Of a stretch of DNA of 64,000 nt, positions 26,191 through 38,804 are shown in pieces (position 1 is the stretch's first letter; the number at the start of each line of letters is the position of its first letter). Below the pieces are notes generated by a model, which had not been told where the DNA came from, made no database searches, and worked only from the letters and a program-made list of their open reading frames with translations. The position numbers were made by a program, and so were the translations under genes. Origin of the DNA: Antechinus flavipes (lineage: Eukaryota); contig NC_067398.1 in the NCBI RefSeq assembly GCF_016432865.1, forward strand, positions 307,086,001 through 307,150,000, given 5' to 3'.

Positions 26191-27139
26191 AGCAATGAAG
26201 CTTAACAAAACTATTCAGTTTTTTCCTTATCAATTATAAAATCAAGACCCCAGACCAGACCATTTCTTGAGAAACTCATTTGTCTCCTGAAATATTTCAT
26301 ATTCAAGTATGACTCCTAAAAGACTGATGAATGTTACAGGACCTGTTAAATAAGAGAATATCTTATGGTATGTTCCATACTCATTCCACCTGGTTTAGCA
26401 CAATCTCCAAAAGGAAGAAATAAGTCCCTCTAGATGAAGATGATATGGGGCATATCTCCACGGTCCTATGCCAGTTAAAGCTCTTTGCAGGATATAAAGG
26501 AAAAACCCTAATGAATATCCTAGAATAGTCATTGTTTGGGCAGTGTAGCATTGCTCTTAGTTCAGACTTAAAATCTATGAAAAGTTCTTAGCTTTTCATA
26601 GCACTGGATTTCTTTCTCCTTGTGGAATGCACTATTCAATAGTATACTCTCCACTTAATCATTAAGTCTTAAGAACAAACCTTGGGAATAGACACATTTT
26701 TCTCTGCTCAGTGCTTTCTGAGCAAAATACAAACTGTTCTTTGCAGCTGACACTGTTTCACTCTGACAATCTCATAGAAGGAAAAATTTTAAATGCTTCT
26801 GCAACTAATGCTAGCCTAACAACTAAGGAAAATCAGGCTTTCAAGAGTAACACAATTAAGCAACTGTGACATTACAGTGTAACTACCCACTGCATGTAAA
26901 AGCTTATTTGGCTAGAACACATGTACTTTGACACCTAATTTGATACAGCCCACTCAAAGTTTGTTCCCAAAAGTTAGGACCAGGGCCAAACTGAGCACTA
27001 AGCAAACATTTCAATGTTGCACTACAACTGCACCTTTGGAACAAAATATAAGTTTTATTCCTAAGTAGATATCTAGTCTGTTTTTAGAGCATTCAATCTT
27101 TTCTAGGCACATTGGAATCAGTTAGAAAATGATTGTACT

Positions 27140-27620
27140 TTTTTTGGTTTGCTTGTTTTTATAAAACTTTCCCCCAATTATATGTAAAGATAATTTTTTG
27201 CATTAATTTCACAAGGTTTTGAGTTCTAAATTTTCCTCCCTTCCCTCTTTCTAAAATGGTAAATGATATAGGAGATATATATGCATTCATATAAAACATA
27301 TTTCCATATTAGTCACAATTGTGAAAGAAGAAACATCAAAAAGAAAAAAACAAAAAATAAGTGAAAATAATATGCTTCAATCTGCATTCACACTTCATCA
27401 GTTCTTTACCAGCATGTGATAGCATTTTCCATCATGAGTCCTTTGTAATCTTTGTGCTGAATCTTTGTGTTGAATGTCTTGAATCACTATGTTGTTGAGA
27501 AAAGCTAAGAAGCTGATCATCACACAATGTTGCTGTTACTGCGTATATTTTCCTAGTTTTGCTTATTTCATGTTGCATGAGCTTATACAAATCTTTCTAG
27601 ATTTTTCTGAAATCTCTCTT
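27140..27620 (-). mobile_element. Marsupial L1 3' end
   Basis: 'ttcatataaaacatatttccatattagtc...tgcttcaatctgcattca...gttgatcatcacacaatgttgctgttactg'-type antisense 3'UTR. Confidence 0.75.
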
Positions 27621-28992
27621 CTCACAGAAGATGATTATTCTAATATGCTGAATGATGCCTAGTTGACTGAAAGGGATTTAGCATTTATTATTTCCTTGTA
27701 ACAGAAAAATTAACATTCAATTCTTTTCCTGTTCTATTTTCTATGATTGTTATATTTTCTACTGAGATTGTAGATACTGTAAGATTTTCATTGCAGTCTA
27801 AACCTTATTACTTCCTTCACTCATTTTTAGAACCCATTATTTGGGGGTTCTTCTTTCTAGTAAAGGGCCTTCATCTAATGAGATGAATGCTTGGGTTCAT
27901 TTGAAAATTGCTTCTCTGGTTAAGCCTGTTTGACTTGAATAGTTCCTAGAAAGATATTGTCTAGGCTCAAGTTCAACTGTTGACTTGGAAGATGTGATTT
28001 TGAAGTTCTTATCCTACTCCCTACTGTTATTCTAAGTGACTAACACATAAAGATTTTTGGGGAACTAACAAATGAAGAGTATGATATGATGCTTTTCCTA
28101 AGAAGCTTTTCCTGACCCCAAATACTTTCCCTCTATAATTAGCTTAGAATTTATTTTGTATATTTTGCATATGTATATAAAATATATGCTGTCTCCAAGT
28201 AGAGTATAAATGCTTTGAAGACTGGGAATGTTTTTATTCATGTATTTTTATAACCCCAGTGACTAGCATAATGTCTGGAACATAGGAGATGCTTTAAAAA
28301 AAAGACTTCTTGATTGAACACTTAATATCCTTTTTGCAACAATTTTAATAAACAGTTTTCTGATGCCAAATCATGTTATTCCTCTGTTTGTCATGATTTT
28401 TGACTGTTTGTTTTGCACACCATCCAATAACATTCTCATCAAAATCATAACGAAATATGGAAGCAGCCACCTCCAAAATGTTTTCTCAAGCGACTGATAT
28501 ATGAAAACTCCTTTTTCTAGAGATTATTCACTCACATTAATAGAGGATCATAGATGAAAAGAAAAAAAAGGATCTGGAAGGCCACCTAGTCCAACCACTT
28601 CATTTTCCAAATGAGAGAAACAAGTGACTTGTCATAAATCATAAAGTTACTAAATGTTGGAGGCAGATCTTAAACTAAGGTCCTCCTAATTCTTAATCCA
28701 GCACTCTTTCTCTACATGCCATCTGTCCCAACCAAAAAAATGCAAATTTCTATAAAATTGGGCAAATAACTCTGTGTTGTCAGATGTGTCAGGACAGGAA
28801 GAGATGGTGCAATCTCCCCAAATATAACCAGTTCCCAACTCTTCTCAATTTTACCTGTTTAATATTTTTCCTATTCATCCTCATCTTTTTATGTATATAG
28901 CTACTTTTTTAGTTCAAGTTTATATTTTCTCTCCTGGACTATTCCAGTAACCTCCAAATTGTTGCCCCACCCCCATCCAGTATCTAATCTGT

Positions 28993-29152
28993 NNNNNNNN
29001 NNNNNNNNNNNNNNNNNNNNNNNNNNNNNNNNNNNNNNNNNNNNNNNNNNNNNNNNNNNNNNNNNNNNNNNNNNNNNNNNNNNNNNNNNNNNNNNNNNNN
29101 NNNNNNNNNNNNNNNNNNNNNNNNNNNNNNNNNNNNNNNNNNNNNNNNNNNN
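28993..29152. other. Assembly gap (160 N)
   Basis: Run of n. Confidence 1.
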
Positions 29153-29169
29153 ATGCTGCCAGTGAAGGG

Positions 29170-29820
29170 AGCTGCCAAAATATTCCTCATCAAGTATAAT
29201 ATGTCACTTACTTCTTTCAAAAATGTTCAGGGGCTCCCTACTGCCTCTACACTATATAAATGTAAACTCCCTCTTCTTAGTATTCAAAGATTTTTACTAT
29301 CCCACTTTCTCAGACATTTCATATTATTTCCCTTCACACACATTGCATTTGAAACGAACTAGATTATTTATTGTTCTCTCAACTTGTCATTCCATTTCTT
29401 GCTTTGTGCCTTTGTACCAGCTATTTTCTGTGCTTGGCATGCATTCCCTTCTTCCCTCTACCTCTTGACTTCTCAGCTCCTTTCATAGCTTTGTGAGATC
29501 ATATTATAAATCAAAACCAATACAGAGCTAGAAGGATTAAAACCAAAGTCCTCTGACTCTCAATCCAGGGCTCCTTCCACCAGTACCAGGCTAGGCTCCC
29601 TTCAATATGCACCTTCCATAAGAAACTTTTTTGTAATTCTCCTAATTGTCAGTTTTCTCTTCTGTGTCAATGTGGCACATACTTAACTGTTTACATTCTC
29701 TATCCTTTAGTGATTCTAAACTCCTGAGGGCTATTTCACTTTTGGCTGCAGCCTCAATATTTAGTACAATGCCTGGCACACAGTAGGTGCTTAGCAAAGT
29801 TTTGTTGGATTGAATTAAAT
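29170..29820 (-). mobile_element. L2 fragment interrupted by a short MIR piece (about 29490-29590)
   Basis: L2 antisense motifs ending 'agtacaatgcctggcacacagtaggtgcttagcaaagt'. Confidence 0.65.
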
Positions 29821-30407
29821 TAACATTCTTTTTAGAGCCGAGCAGTGAGAAGTGTCCATAGCATACAAATATATTAGTCTTTTCTCAAAAAATGAATCAT
29901 CTTTTTCTAACCTCCCATAAATAAACACATATTCAGACAGAAATGCTTTTTGAAGGTAAGGGAAAATGCTTTAATACTCCCTGTAATCAAACAAATGTAC
30001 AGAACAATGCTAACCACTCTGGGGGAAACCTCAATTTATTGAACATGAGCAAATAAAATGGGAAATAGGATATTTGGTTTGCCATAGGAAAATCAGCTAA
30101 AATAATAATGAATCAGAATTTTGGCAAAGACTTTTTTTTGTCACTTCTTACACTTTCCTTAAAAACAAAGTAGATTCTGTGCAGTCATAAAAACAACAAC
30201 AACAACAACAACAACAACAAAGGCCTCATTTATTCTATTACTATTGATTGACAGGTTGCAGCAGAATCTCTGGTTCTGAGTATATGCTAAACTAATTCAC
30301 TATTGTTTGATTATTCAGAGATATAGTATTTCATAATCTTTACTGAAGTCTATCCAACTACAGCAGAATAATATTTGGTTCAATATAGGTTTTGTGTCTA
30401 GCAAAAG

Positions 30408-30556
30408 AATGAAAAAAAGAAAGGAAGATGGAGGGAGGGAAGGAGAAAAGAAGACAGGGAAGTAAGGGAAGGAGGGAGGGAAGGAAGATGGAAGGGAGGA
30501 AGGAATAGGAGGAGAGAGGGAAGGAAGAGGGAAGAAAGGGAAGGAAGGAAAGAAAA
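30408..30556. repeat. (GGAA/GGGA)n polypurine tract
   Basis: Direct inspection. Confidence 0.9.
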
Positions 30557-32357
30557 GTTAACATTAAGTCCTTTTTAAAGCACATTTTAGAGGAACTCAG
30601 AAAGGGCAAACATGGTTATTTATCACTGTCTTGGGGTACTGTATTCTACATTCTAGTCAAAATGATCTACTTACTATTTCTCAAACTTGGCACTCTGTCC
30701 CACCTCTGTACTTTTTAATGGGACTCAAGCCTGGAATAGTCTCCCTTCTTATCTCAACCTCATAAAATCCCTAATTTCCTTTAAGACTCAACTAATATGC
30801 CTTCTACTACTGAAAGTCTTTTTTGGAGCTTCAGTTTATTAATGATGATTGCTTTACATCCACCCTCCTCTCAAGTAGAATGTAAACTCTTTAAGGACAG
30901 AGATTGTTTCTTGTTTTTTTAAAACAAATATATTTCCAGTGTCTTGCTCACACAGTAGTTACTTGCTTACTTTCTCTCTCTGTCTCTCTGTCTCTCTCTC
31001 TCTCTGTGTGTCTCTTTCTCTCTCTCTCATTTCACATATATATAATTTCATACTCATACTAGAATGTAAGCTTCTTGAAAACAAGAAGAGCTTTTTTTGC
31101 TTTGTATTCATACTCATCTTCTAGCCAGTGTATAACAGTGGCCAAACACTTAGTAGTCATTTAAATATCCATGAAATTAAATAAAATTATATTGAACTTT
31201 GGGTTAAATTATAGCTTTATCTTAGCTTTTCTTTACCTACAAAATCAAAACAATGATTCCTGCCCCTCCAACAATCAAAAAACAATATTAAGAAAGAATA
31301 GGAAATCAGAAAAAATAGGTAAGTGAAATAATAATCACAAGAATGCCTATACAAACTAGTAGATTGTTTGATATAAACTGTGGGATAATAGTCTTTTACT
31401 GGTGCAAGGATTAACTCAGAGAATTTATGACTTTGTCAATATAGGCAACTCCTAATGAAGGAATTTCATCTACTAATATGGCTGAAAACCAACATTTACT
31501 TAGGAAATATGTTCCCAGCTTATTATTTGAAGAACATGGAGGTAAAATAAATTGTCTGCAGTCAAGGAACTAATATCTTTAAAAAGCTTTCCTTATTCTA
31601 AAGCTAAACTTTTATTTACTACATAATAGTTTCAATGAGTTGTAGAATTTAAGGAAAGAAATTTTCAAGATAAAGGTACTCAGAATGTAAAAGATGAAAA
31701 GAAATTATTCCAGGGGAAAAAAAATCTGATATTTCCTATTCCCCCATTGGTTTTCCTTATATGGGACTATGCACCACACTTACAATAAGATGCTAGTGGG
31801 AATATTTGAAGAAGGATAAACTTAGGTCAGTGTGCATGATTTATTTTGTATACAGTGCCTTGCAAGCCACAAACATGAGCTTGCCTAAAAACATCTGTCT
31901 ACTGTGATTGTCATAGAGGCCACTAAGGGATTTCACAGAAACCACTGAACAGATGACAAAGTAGCAATGACTTTTAGTCACCACCAAGTTGGAATATGAT
32001 CTAACCAGTGAACAGGAGATGAAAACTACCTATCCTATTACCAGGTATAGATGTGATGGTTTCTATGAACAAGAGCAAGTTTACATATCCAGGTCATAAA
32101 AACAAATGCTGATCTCTCTCCAAATTGTTTACTTGTAAATCAGGTGTTTCCTTCCTTTTTCAAACTCTCAATTTCACAACCAGGCTAGCAATATAAAAAT
32201 CTCAAGTCTCATTTTCCCACAGCTTCTCTTTCTGGATCTTGTCTTCAAACAAAACCACCTTCTTCATGGCATTAAATATGAATTCTTTGCCCAGGACTCA
32301 TTATTTGTCCAGAATCAGATGACTGCCCTTATGATGGCATATAACCAGAGTACATCA

Positions 32358-32615
32358 GGAAAATTAGATAGCACAGTGAATATAGTGCTGGGCCTGGAAT
32401 CAAAAAGACTCATCTTGAGTTCAAATCTGGCCTCAGACATTTATTAGCTATGTGATCTTGGGCAAGTAATTTAACCTTGTTTACCTCAATTTCCTCACCT
32501 GTAAAATGAGCAAGAGAAGGAAATGGTAATTCATTCCAGTATCTTTGTCAAGAAAATTCCAAATGTAGTCATGAAAGGTTGAACAAGATTGAAAATGACT
32601 AAACAACAACACAAC
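32358..32615 (+). mobile_element. MAR1-type SINE
   Basis: tRNA head, CORE, 'gagaaggaaatggtaattcattccagtatctttgtcaagaaaattccaaat' and a caa tail. Confidence 0.85.
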
Positions 32616-33616
32616 AATAACAAAAAACAGTGTATATCAAGTGATTTTCCTTTGTGAATTTTTATTCAATTCAGTCTGGCCATTTACAAACCAAGAGGCT
32701 ACTCCCCCATTAGCACCTCTTTAGGTGCTATTCAACCCACATAGGAAGCTCATACTTATCATTTATATATATAAAGTTAACAATGCATGGTTCTTCATAT
32801 TTTTGACTGTGTCTCATCTTTTTCTTCATCATCTCCTATTTCAATTACTTACTTTCTGTAGGACCACTTGCTCTCCTTCCAGATTCCCATATCTATGCAT
32901 TCTCTTCTTTGTTATAAACAACTTCTCACTAACCAGGCACCTCTTACTACTAGAACACAAAAGTTACTGATAATGCTTTATTGAGATCTATAAATCTATA
33001 TGAATTGGGGATTGTTCATCCTCGTCAATGGCTCCCATTGCTGCTTCAGGTTTACATTGGACTAAATGACCTCCAAGGTCTTTACAATTCTAAAAAGCCA
33101 TGATTCACTCAACTCCCTCACTCTCCCACATCTGTCTCTCTAACTCTTTCTGTTCATCAATTACTATTTATCTCTTTCTCTTCATTTGTCCATTACTCTG
33201 TACTTATCTGTCTCTATTTCTGCCTCTCCTTTTCTATTTGTCTTTTTTTTCTCTGTAGTCCTTCTTTTCTGCATTCCTCAGGAAACATGTCTCCCACCTC
33301 TATAGACCAAGAAGCATTAGATTATATAGGATTATTGTTAGAGAATAAAATATATATTTCAAGATATATATAGTGTCAATCTGTTTTCCCTACTATAGAC
33401 TACTGGACTTATGAGTGTGGAATATTGTGTTCCAATTCTGCCTCAAACATTTACTTTAGACTGTTAAATAACACCTTTCAGCCTCAGTTTCCTCATCTGT
33501 AAAAGGAAATTAATAATAGCTACCTCATATGGTTGCTTGGGGGACTTAAAAAGATAATACATGTATTTTGCAAAATTTAAAGAACTATGTAAATTTAAGC
33601 TATTTGTCTTATTATT

Positions 33617-33850
33617 GGAGACAGCTAGGTGGTTCAGTGGATAGAACACTGGGCCTGCAGTCAGGAAAATCTGAGATCAAATTTAGCCTCAGACACATAC
33701 TAGCTGTGTGACCCTGGACAAGTCATTTAGTCCTGTTTGCTTTAATCCACAGGAAAAAGAAATGGCAAATTGCTCCAGTATCTTTTCCAAGAAAACCCAG
33801 TACAGAGTCACAAAGACTCAAACTTGAGCAAACGATCAAACAACAACAAA
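33617..33850 (+). mobile_element. MAR1-type SINE
   Basis: 'ggagacagctaggtggttcagtggatagaacactggg...aatggcaaattgctccagtatcttttccaagaaaaccc' and a caacaa tail. Confidence 0.85.
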
Positions 33851-35103
33851 TTCTTATTATTAAAAAAAAAAAAGGTTTTATGAGAATGGAAAGAGAATCA
33901 TTAGAAAGTCATGGTGGTATAAAAAAAAAATAAAAATTTCAAAAGATTCTAAACAATCTGACCTCTACTAGCTGACTAACTCAGGTAAAATAATGCCTTC
34001 AGGTACTGGGTGGCTGGTTTGATCAGAAGAATTAGAGGATTATAAAATTTATATTTGGGAGTGAGCCTAGAAGAGATCTGGTCCAATTCCTTCATTATAT
34101 AAAAAGGAAACTGTGGTTCTCAAAATGAAAAGCCTTGTTCAGGATGGCACCAGTGCTAAGTTATAGAACCAAGATTTGAATCCATTTTTCATCAAGTCCA
34201 GCTCTCTTTTCTGTGACCCACAGATAGGAAGCCAGCTTGAGAAATAATGACTGTAAATATGAGGGAAATAAGCCAAAAGGGAGCCACTAACTCAATTTCT
34301 AGAGCCATATATTCTGTGTTGTTTTTTTTTCTTTTTTCTTTTTCCTTGTCAGTTATTGACTTGTTACTACTCATTTCCAGCTTTGGAGAGGAAGCTTTCT
34401 CCTGTAGGACACTGTAACAAGAACAATCTCTTTTGGCCAGATAACCAGAAAATGGAGTTCTCTGGGGCCTATTTTCTGCTAGGAAAACATGGCCTACCTC
34501 TTTGAATTATGAGTATTTGGGTCCATGCAGATAATGCTGTTCGTATATTATACATGATTCGAAAGAAAAAGCCACAAATGGCATACATTACTTAGTAATT
34601 TTCAATCAAGCTCTTGTAGTAATGTTTCTAGGGTAATTAGATTCATGACCTGCCATGGGGAGCAATTTCTTCCACTAACTTATCTGGACTACAGATACAA
34701 GCATAAACACTCCAGCGGGGCCTCTAAATTCTGACCTGAACTTGAGCTGATCTGACTTTCATCTAATGCCAGAAGCTGCCTCCTGAATTATGGCAGTATT
34801 CCTACTTTCACCTTGAAGCAAACAGGCCTCTGGGAGTTTCAACAGCCACTTAAGGCTTTTCTATGCATATTTGGCTGAAGAAAACATCAGCTAGTAAAGA
34901 AAGGAGAATGAAGGAAGTAGGGGAGGGAGAAAGAAAGGGAAAGGAAGATGAAAACAGACAGACAGACAGACAGATAAAAAAGAACACAGAAAGAGAGAGA
35001 GACATGGGACCTGTGCTCTGCCTCCCTGCCGGTCCATGGGAAGCTGGAACCCTAATGAGGTTTACTACTAGTTCACAATTAGTTCAGCTGTCTTTGGATA
35101 AGG

Positions 35104-35123
35104 AATGAAGGAGAGAAAGAGAA

Positions 35124-35195
<72 letters not shown>
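35104..35195. repeat. (GA)n microsatellite
   Basis: Long gagaga run. Confidence 0.95.
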
Positions 35196-35197
<2 letters not shown>

Positions 35198-36158
35198 TCT
35201 GCCTTCAGCTTCCTGAACTTCTAAATTAATTATCACAGCCCCTATTAATTATGTTATTCCATTAGCTCAACTCAGACAATATTACACTACCCTATAATTC
35301 ACAGTTTAATATGACATACGATTTTATTAGTGTGTTATATCAGCTCTGATGGAAACTGAAGTCTTCAGGGTGGAATCTTTTCTTTTATATCCAATAAAAG
35401 AAAATCATAAAGGTTATTACAAATTTAAATAAAGCTTGGAAGGGAGAATCATTTAGGCACCAAAGTAATGGCCATTCACATTTGACAACAGTAGTTCATT
35501 AATGTTCTGCTACTCAGTCAACTAAATTAAAGGCGCTCAGTCTAAGCGGCTTCCCATCTACTTCCCTTATATTCTACATCAAGGGCTTCAGGATGCATTT
35601 TGGTAAAGCTGGCAATCAATGAAAAAAGCAGAATTGAAACCAGAAGCTTTGTTTATTTGTTTTCTTACTCCCTGAAAGAACCAGGGGAAAAAGAAGATGC
35701 AGAAAATAGGATTATTTTATTCTTTTTAAAAAACCTACCATATCTTTTAAGTCACACCTTATCAATATCCTCCCCCAGACAAATGATTCTGTTTCTAAAA
35801 GAGATTTGAGATGGGCTGTGACCTTATTCACAGGAAAGGACTGAATTTCTGTCTAATTGAATGTTGGTGAAAGGAGGATTGAGATTCCTGTAAAGAGAAT
35901 ACTGGTGAACAACAGGTCCTGGCTAGAGGTTCAAGAAATCATTCTGCCCCATCTCCTTTTTGCATGAAGGGAAGGGAAGGTATCACTTAGTGGAGCTGAA
36001 ATGGAGTTGTGTTCATTACTGAACAAATGTCTCATCCTGGAGGCAAATAGGATTAAGTGACTTGCACAGGATCACTTAGGCAGTGTTTGAGGCTAGATTT
36101 GAACTCAGGAAGATAAGTTTTCCTGAATCCAGGCATTATGCACTATGACACTACCTTA

Positions 36159-36576
36159 GAGCACAATTTCTTTGGGCTGAGCAAAATGAATGCCAGATGC
36201 AGGCTTGTCAAAAAGACTATTTTATGGAGAACTCACACAGGGAAAGAGCCCACAAGGTGGTCAAAGTCCCTCTTTAAAACTTAAGAACTGATTTATGGCA
36301 TAAGATAAACTGATACAGGATATCCCAGCATGTTATGCTCTCATAAGAAAAGGCACTGTGCTCTATAAACAAAGCAGAATTGAATTAGCTAAGAAGAAAT
36401 GTGAGATGTGCAAAGTTAGAGAATCCACTCCAAATATTCCTAAAAACTATTTGTGTCTGACCTGTGGCAGAGAGAGCATTGATTAGATTGGTCTGATCAG
36501 TCATAGTCAGACACATTCTAATTGAGCTCTAACATAGTGATGCCATTTTGGTCCTCTTCAAGAATGAAGGACAATA
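36159..36576 (+). mobile_element. RTE-clade LINE 3' fragment (marsupial RTE)
   Basis: Degenerate RT C-terminus (...KRLFYGELTQGKSPQGGQ) and C2H2-like finger (YLCLTCGR...IGLISHSQTH); 3' end 'gtgatgccattttggtcctcttcaagaatgaaggacaa'. Confidence 0.85.
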
Positions 36577-36829
36577 TCCCTCCCGGATGAAAGCAGTATT
36601 CTTAAAGGAGCTGGAATGGAATTAAGATAAAAAAAAAAAAAAAAAAAACTATAGGAAGATTTAGGAGGAGTTGGGGGGGGGGGGGGAGAGCTTGATAAAA
36701 TACCAAAGACAACCATTAAAAGAACAGTTCAGTTCAGGGAATGAACTCATTATGAAATCCTGAAGCAGAGGAGAAATCATCCTTGTAAGAATAAGACAGT
36801 TACTACATGAAGAAAGAAGGTTCTAGGAC

Positions 36830-37290
36830 TCAGTAGTCACTCGATCAAAAAACATCTATCAAGTATCTACTGGGAGGGGAAGACATTCAGAGTACAGCAA
36901 GAGTACCAGAAACTGTTCGGAGTTCTGGAATACAAAGTTAGGGAAAAGACTCACTTTTCTGAAGAAGTTTACAATCTAATGGGGAAGATAATAATGTAAA
37001 AATAAAATATATACAGGATAAATTAAAGATAATTAAGAGAGAAATGTATTACCACTAAAAAAGGACTCAAAAGATGAGATTTTAGCTGAAATTTGAAGCA
37101 AGCTAGAGAAGCCAGGAAAATATAAAGAAAGAAAACAGTCTAGGCATGGGGAAAGGAGTAAAAATTTTGGAGTCTGGAAAATGGACTGTCTTATGTGAGG
37201 AAAAACAAGGAGGCCAATATTATTGGACCTCAAAGTATGTGGGTGAGAAGTGAGGAGAGCAAGGTATAAGAAGACTGGAAAGGTAAGTGA
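36830..37290 (+). mobile_element. L2 LINE fragment
   Basis: 'ttctgaagaagtttacaatctaatgggg' and 'ctgtcttatgtgaggaaaaacaaggaggccaatatt'. Confidence 0.7.
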
Positions 37291-37984
37291 TGAAATCAGG
37301 CTTCAATACCAGCACATAACGTTTGATTTTTTTTTTAACTTATTCCAAAGAAAAGATAAAGGGTAAAATATAGAAAGCTCAGCCAGAAAGGATATCAACA
37401 TTTGATGTAACAGTTAACTTCAACTACATAACTGGTAACAACTGAGGGATCCTTCTAAGCCATGCCCCAATCAGAAAGGGAACATCAGTGTGGTATATTC
37501 TAAGTCCTTTTCCACCCTTGTTATTCTTTAAAATAGGAACAGGTTATTGTGATGCTTCATGAAAGGAAAAGCAAGTGATATGCAACAAGGTCAGAGTACT
37601 GAACACAGTAATAGAGATGGAAGCAATATCCATACTTGGTGAGCTTTGGTTTTATGGAGTGAACCAAGCATAGTGAGAGGCAGGATAACATGGGGGATAG
37701 AGAGCCACCTTTAAAACCTGGAAATCCTAGGTTTAAATCATCTCTGAGACACACCAAATATATGACTTTGGGAAAGTCACAGTCCCTTTTATTGTGGACA
37801 ATTCTAAGAAAAGTTCCAGAAAGAATGACAATCTGTAGAAGAAAAATGAGTTGCCTCCATGAAAGTTCTCCATACCAATGGAATCAGAGGTCCACCCACA
37901 CCCCATCCCATCCCCATCTTCCAATTTCATCAAAGCCAAAGATAATAAATTAGAAGAAAATTTAGGAATTATATATATTTATTT

Positions 37985-38131
37985 GTTTATTTTTGTTGCA
38001 GCAATTGGGATTAAGTGACTTGCCTAGGGTCACTCAGCCAGGAAATGTTACGTGTCTGAGACCAGATTTGAACTTAGGTCCTCCTGACTTCAGGGCTGGT
38101 GCTCTATCCACTGTGCCACCTAGCTGCCCCC
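37985..38131 (-). mobile_element. WSINE1-type SINE, well preserved
   Basis: 'gcaattgggattaagtgacttgcctagggtcactcagccaggaaatgttacgtgtctgagaccagatttgaacttaggtcctcctgacttcagggctggtgctctatccactgtgccacctagctgcccc'. Confidence 0.9.
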
Positions 38132-38367
38132 CTTCATTTATTTTAAGAGGTGACTAGATGGTATACTGAATAAATCACTGGACTTGGAATCAGGAAGATC
38201 TGAATTCAAATCCTGCCTCAGACACTATAGATGTATTACATTGGCAAAGATCTTTAGTCTCTCTCAGACCCAGTTTTCTCATCTATAAAATGGAAGGCTT
38301 GGACTCTATCACCTCTAAGCTCCTTTCCAGCTCTAAATCTAAGAGCTTATAAATCATAAGACAGAGC

Positions 38368-38804
38368 TGTGTGGAAAGGTGAAGAACTTACAGATTAAGC
38401 ACATATTGATCAGAGACTGTTAACTAAAGTAGATCAGGCCTATAGGCCCCAGTCATATGATTTTAGATGAGACCTGGACTGCATTCCATTGTCCAAAGAA
38501 GGAATTAAGTGGCTGAAGCTGTATATCACCTTTTTCACTGCATTCCACTGACCAAATAGGGAGTTAAGGTTTATGTAACCAATCACAGCCTGTAAAGGGT
38601 GGGATTTTGGGGGTTCTTTGTCTGAAATGTATAAAAGTTGTAAGCATCTTTAAGTGAATGACTCTCCTCCTGTGGGTATCCTTGCTGTCCTTTCAGGCCC
38701 ACAGGCCAGGACGGTCCGCTTCTCAAGATTCTAATAAATTCTTTCTGTACATCATTTGGAGTGTCCTGAGTAGTCAGTTTGGGTAGGTGCAATTGCCCCC
38801 AACA
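38368..38804 (+). mobile_element. Solo ERV LTR (437 bp), 4-bp TSD GAGC
   Basis: TG...CA; GAGC at 38364-38367 and 38805-38808; CCAAT 38579-38583; TATAAAA 38630-38636; AATAAA 38733-38738. Confidence 0.9.

Noticed and set aside
29836-29955. 120-nt exon-like segment with AG|gtaagg donor
   Set aside because: Stops in all three frames; no other support
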